Positions 32,334 to 33,368 of a stretch of DNA of 33,368 nt are shown here, one piece after another. Location: positions 1 to 33,368 of the forward strand of contig CAYMGN010000002.1 of NCBI GenBank assembly GCA_964389995.1, read 5' to 3'. A model generated the notes under the pieces. That model was not told the DNA's origin. It was given only the letters and a program-made list of their open reading frames with translations, and did not search any database. Both the position numbers and the translations under genes were made by a program. This DNA is from an uncultured Candidatus Peribacteria bacterium (lineage in GTDB: Bacteria; Patescibacteriota; Gracilibacteria; UBA1369; LOWO2-01-FULL-3). Numbering within the stretch: position 1 is the stretch's first letter; every line of letters starts with the position of its first letter.

Positions 32334-33368
32334 CTATAACTTTTTATCTTTGTCAATTTGCCCCTGGGTGCTTTGGCTGATCTGTTTGGTTTCATTGATG
32401 CGGTCAAAGAGGGATTTTTCTTCTTCGATATCGTCCTCGCGAGAAAACAAACCACGGATGGCGTTTTTGAGCTTTTGGATTTTGCGCTTGTCTATGGATT
32501 TTGCGCGGATCAGTTTGACCACTTGATTGTCGGGGTCACGCTTGAGGAGGCGGTCACAGATGTCGATTACTTCCTTATACTTGCGCTCTTTCATCCACAT
32601 GGCGATCAGTTCGATCACCACGGCTTCTTCCTCCTTGCCGATAGTGGAAGGGCGTTTTTTTTCTTCGTCGGTGAGCACCAGATAGGACATCCGTTTTTGG
32701 GAGAGGTAGATAACCATGGCAAAACCGAGGATGACGATGACAAAGGCGTAATCGAGACGTTGAAATTGGAGACTGGAGTTGAAGGCCGCGTGCATGAGCA
32801 TGGCAACAAAGAGGCCCCAGAGGGTGACTGTCCATTTGAAGCTCAGTTTGGATTTGAGGAAGGAGTGTTTCTTGCCGGACCACTTGTCGAGCTCGAGGAT
32901 GGGGCGGCCAAATTGTCCGATGGCGTAGTAGTAGCCGACAATACCGGAAAAAAGCATATGGCCGGCCGTGGTGAGGAGGGAGCGGAGGACAAAGGCGGAG
33001 TAGAGATTGGCGAGCTCGCCGGTGCGCATGATCATGGAAAAGTAGAGGGCGTTTTCGGTGAAGGCGAAGCCGAGGGCAGCGGCGAGGATGAGCATGACGG
33101 CTTGATTGACGGAGCGGATTTCTACTTTGAACCAGCGGAGATTGAGGAGGGCGAGAAATTTAGTGAGTTCTTCGAGGATACCGACGAGGATAAAAGTGTA
33201 GACGTAGCCGATTTGAGTATTTTCGATGTTTTCTTGGACCAGCTGGTAGATGTTAAATTCGGGGTGGGAGAGCCAGAAATACTGGAGACCGAGGATGGGC
33301 AGGACAGAGAGCATACCGAAAAAGAAGGCGTTTTTGACGTCGCGAGGGTTCTTAGTGTTTTTGCGAAA
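32334..33368 (-). CDS. PrsW-family intramembrane metalloprotease with a C-terminal cytoplasmic tail; the 5' end may lie beyond the window
   Basis: Motifs GILEELTKFLAL (EExxK) and LMHAAFNSSL (HxxxN) occur within multiple TM helices. The reading frame stays open from the track ATG (33314) to the window edge (33368). Confidence 0.75.
   Translation of the reverse strand, partial: FRKNTKNPRDVKNAFFFGMLSVLPILGLQYFWLSHPEFNIYQLVQENIENTQIGYVYTFILVGILEELTKFLALLNLRWFKVEIRSVNQAVMLILAAALGFAFTENALYFSMIMRTGELANLYSAFVLRSLLTTAGHMLFSGIVGYYYAIGQFGRPILELDKWSGKKHSFLKSKLSFKWTVTLWGLFVAMLMHAAFNSSLQFQRLDYAFVIVILGFAMVIYLSQKRMSYLVLTDEEKKRPSTIGKEEEAVVIELIAMWMKERKYKEVIDICDRLLKRDPDNQVVKLIRAKSIDKRKIQKLKNAIRGLFSREDDIEEEKSLFDRINETKQISQSTQGQIDKDKKL

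Noticed and set aside
1-33368. Alternative genetic code (UGA recoding), as seen in some uncultivated lineages.
   Set aside because: Several well-supported genes end at TGA, for example the kinase at 3995-3997. The motif-bearing ORFs run uninterrupted under the standard code.

Overview
This is a gene-dense bacterial chromosomal window using the standard genetic code (TGA is used as a stop). About 33 protein genes sit in alternating strand blocks. I found no rRNA, tRNA, CRISPR array, transposase, integrase or phage genes. Shine-Dalgarno boxes are mostly absent, several ORF-track starts are TTG or GTG, and many neighbouring genes overlap or abut, so most start coordinates are +/- a few codons.

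Content from left to right:
- A signalling island (40-6107): pentapeptide-repeat protein, single-domain receiver, OmpR-type regulator, a degenerate kinase-core protein, a soluble histidine kinase and a polytopic histidine kinase.
- A co-directional minus-strand block: OmpR-type regulator, fold-type III PLP ornithine/lysine decarboxylase, a SET-domain fusion protein, and the sensor kinase.
- Topoisomerase III, a PfkB sugar kinase and a flotillin.
- A small accessory-looking set: methyltransferase, Fic AMPylase, lipoprotein, GNAT.
- SRPBCC and SDR proteins, a frameshifted luciferase-like oxidoreductase and an MscS channel.
- An envelope glycosylation module: SDR, YfhO-like protein, second GT-C-like protein, GtrA-GT2 fusion.
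- A SulP transporter, VKOR-purK-purE, a zinc-ribbon methyltransferase, an exported Cys-pair protein and a PrsW-type protease that runs off the right edge.

The best candidate for something undescribed is the decarboxylase plus SET/GNAT-like fusion pair embedded between the two halves of a two-component system, with tandem 10-11 bp direct repeats at both internal junctions. Other items worth checking are a four-copy, exactly 22-bp-phased direct-repeat array in a convergent intergenic region, a possible four-protein phosphorelay, and an operator-flanked Fic gene with a C-terminal HTH-like tail. All functional calls rest on motifs read by eye from the translations; no database search was possible.
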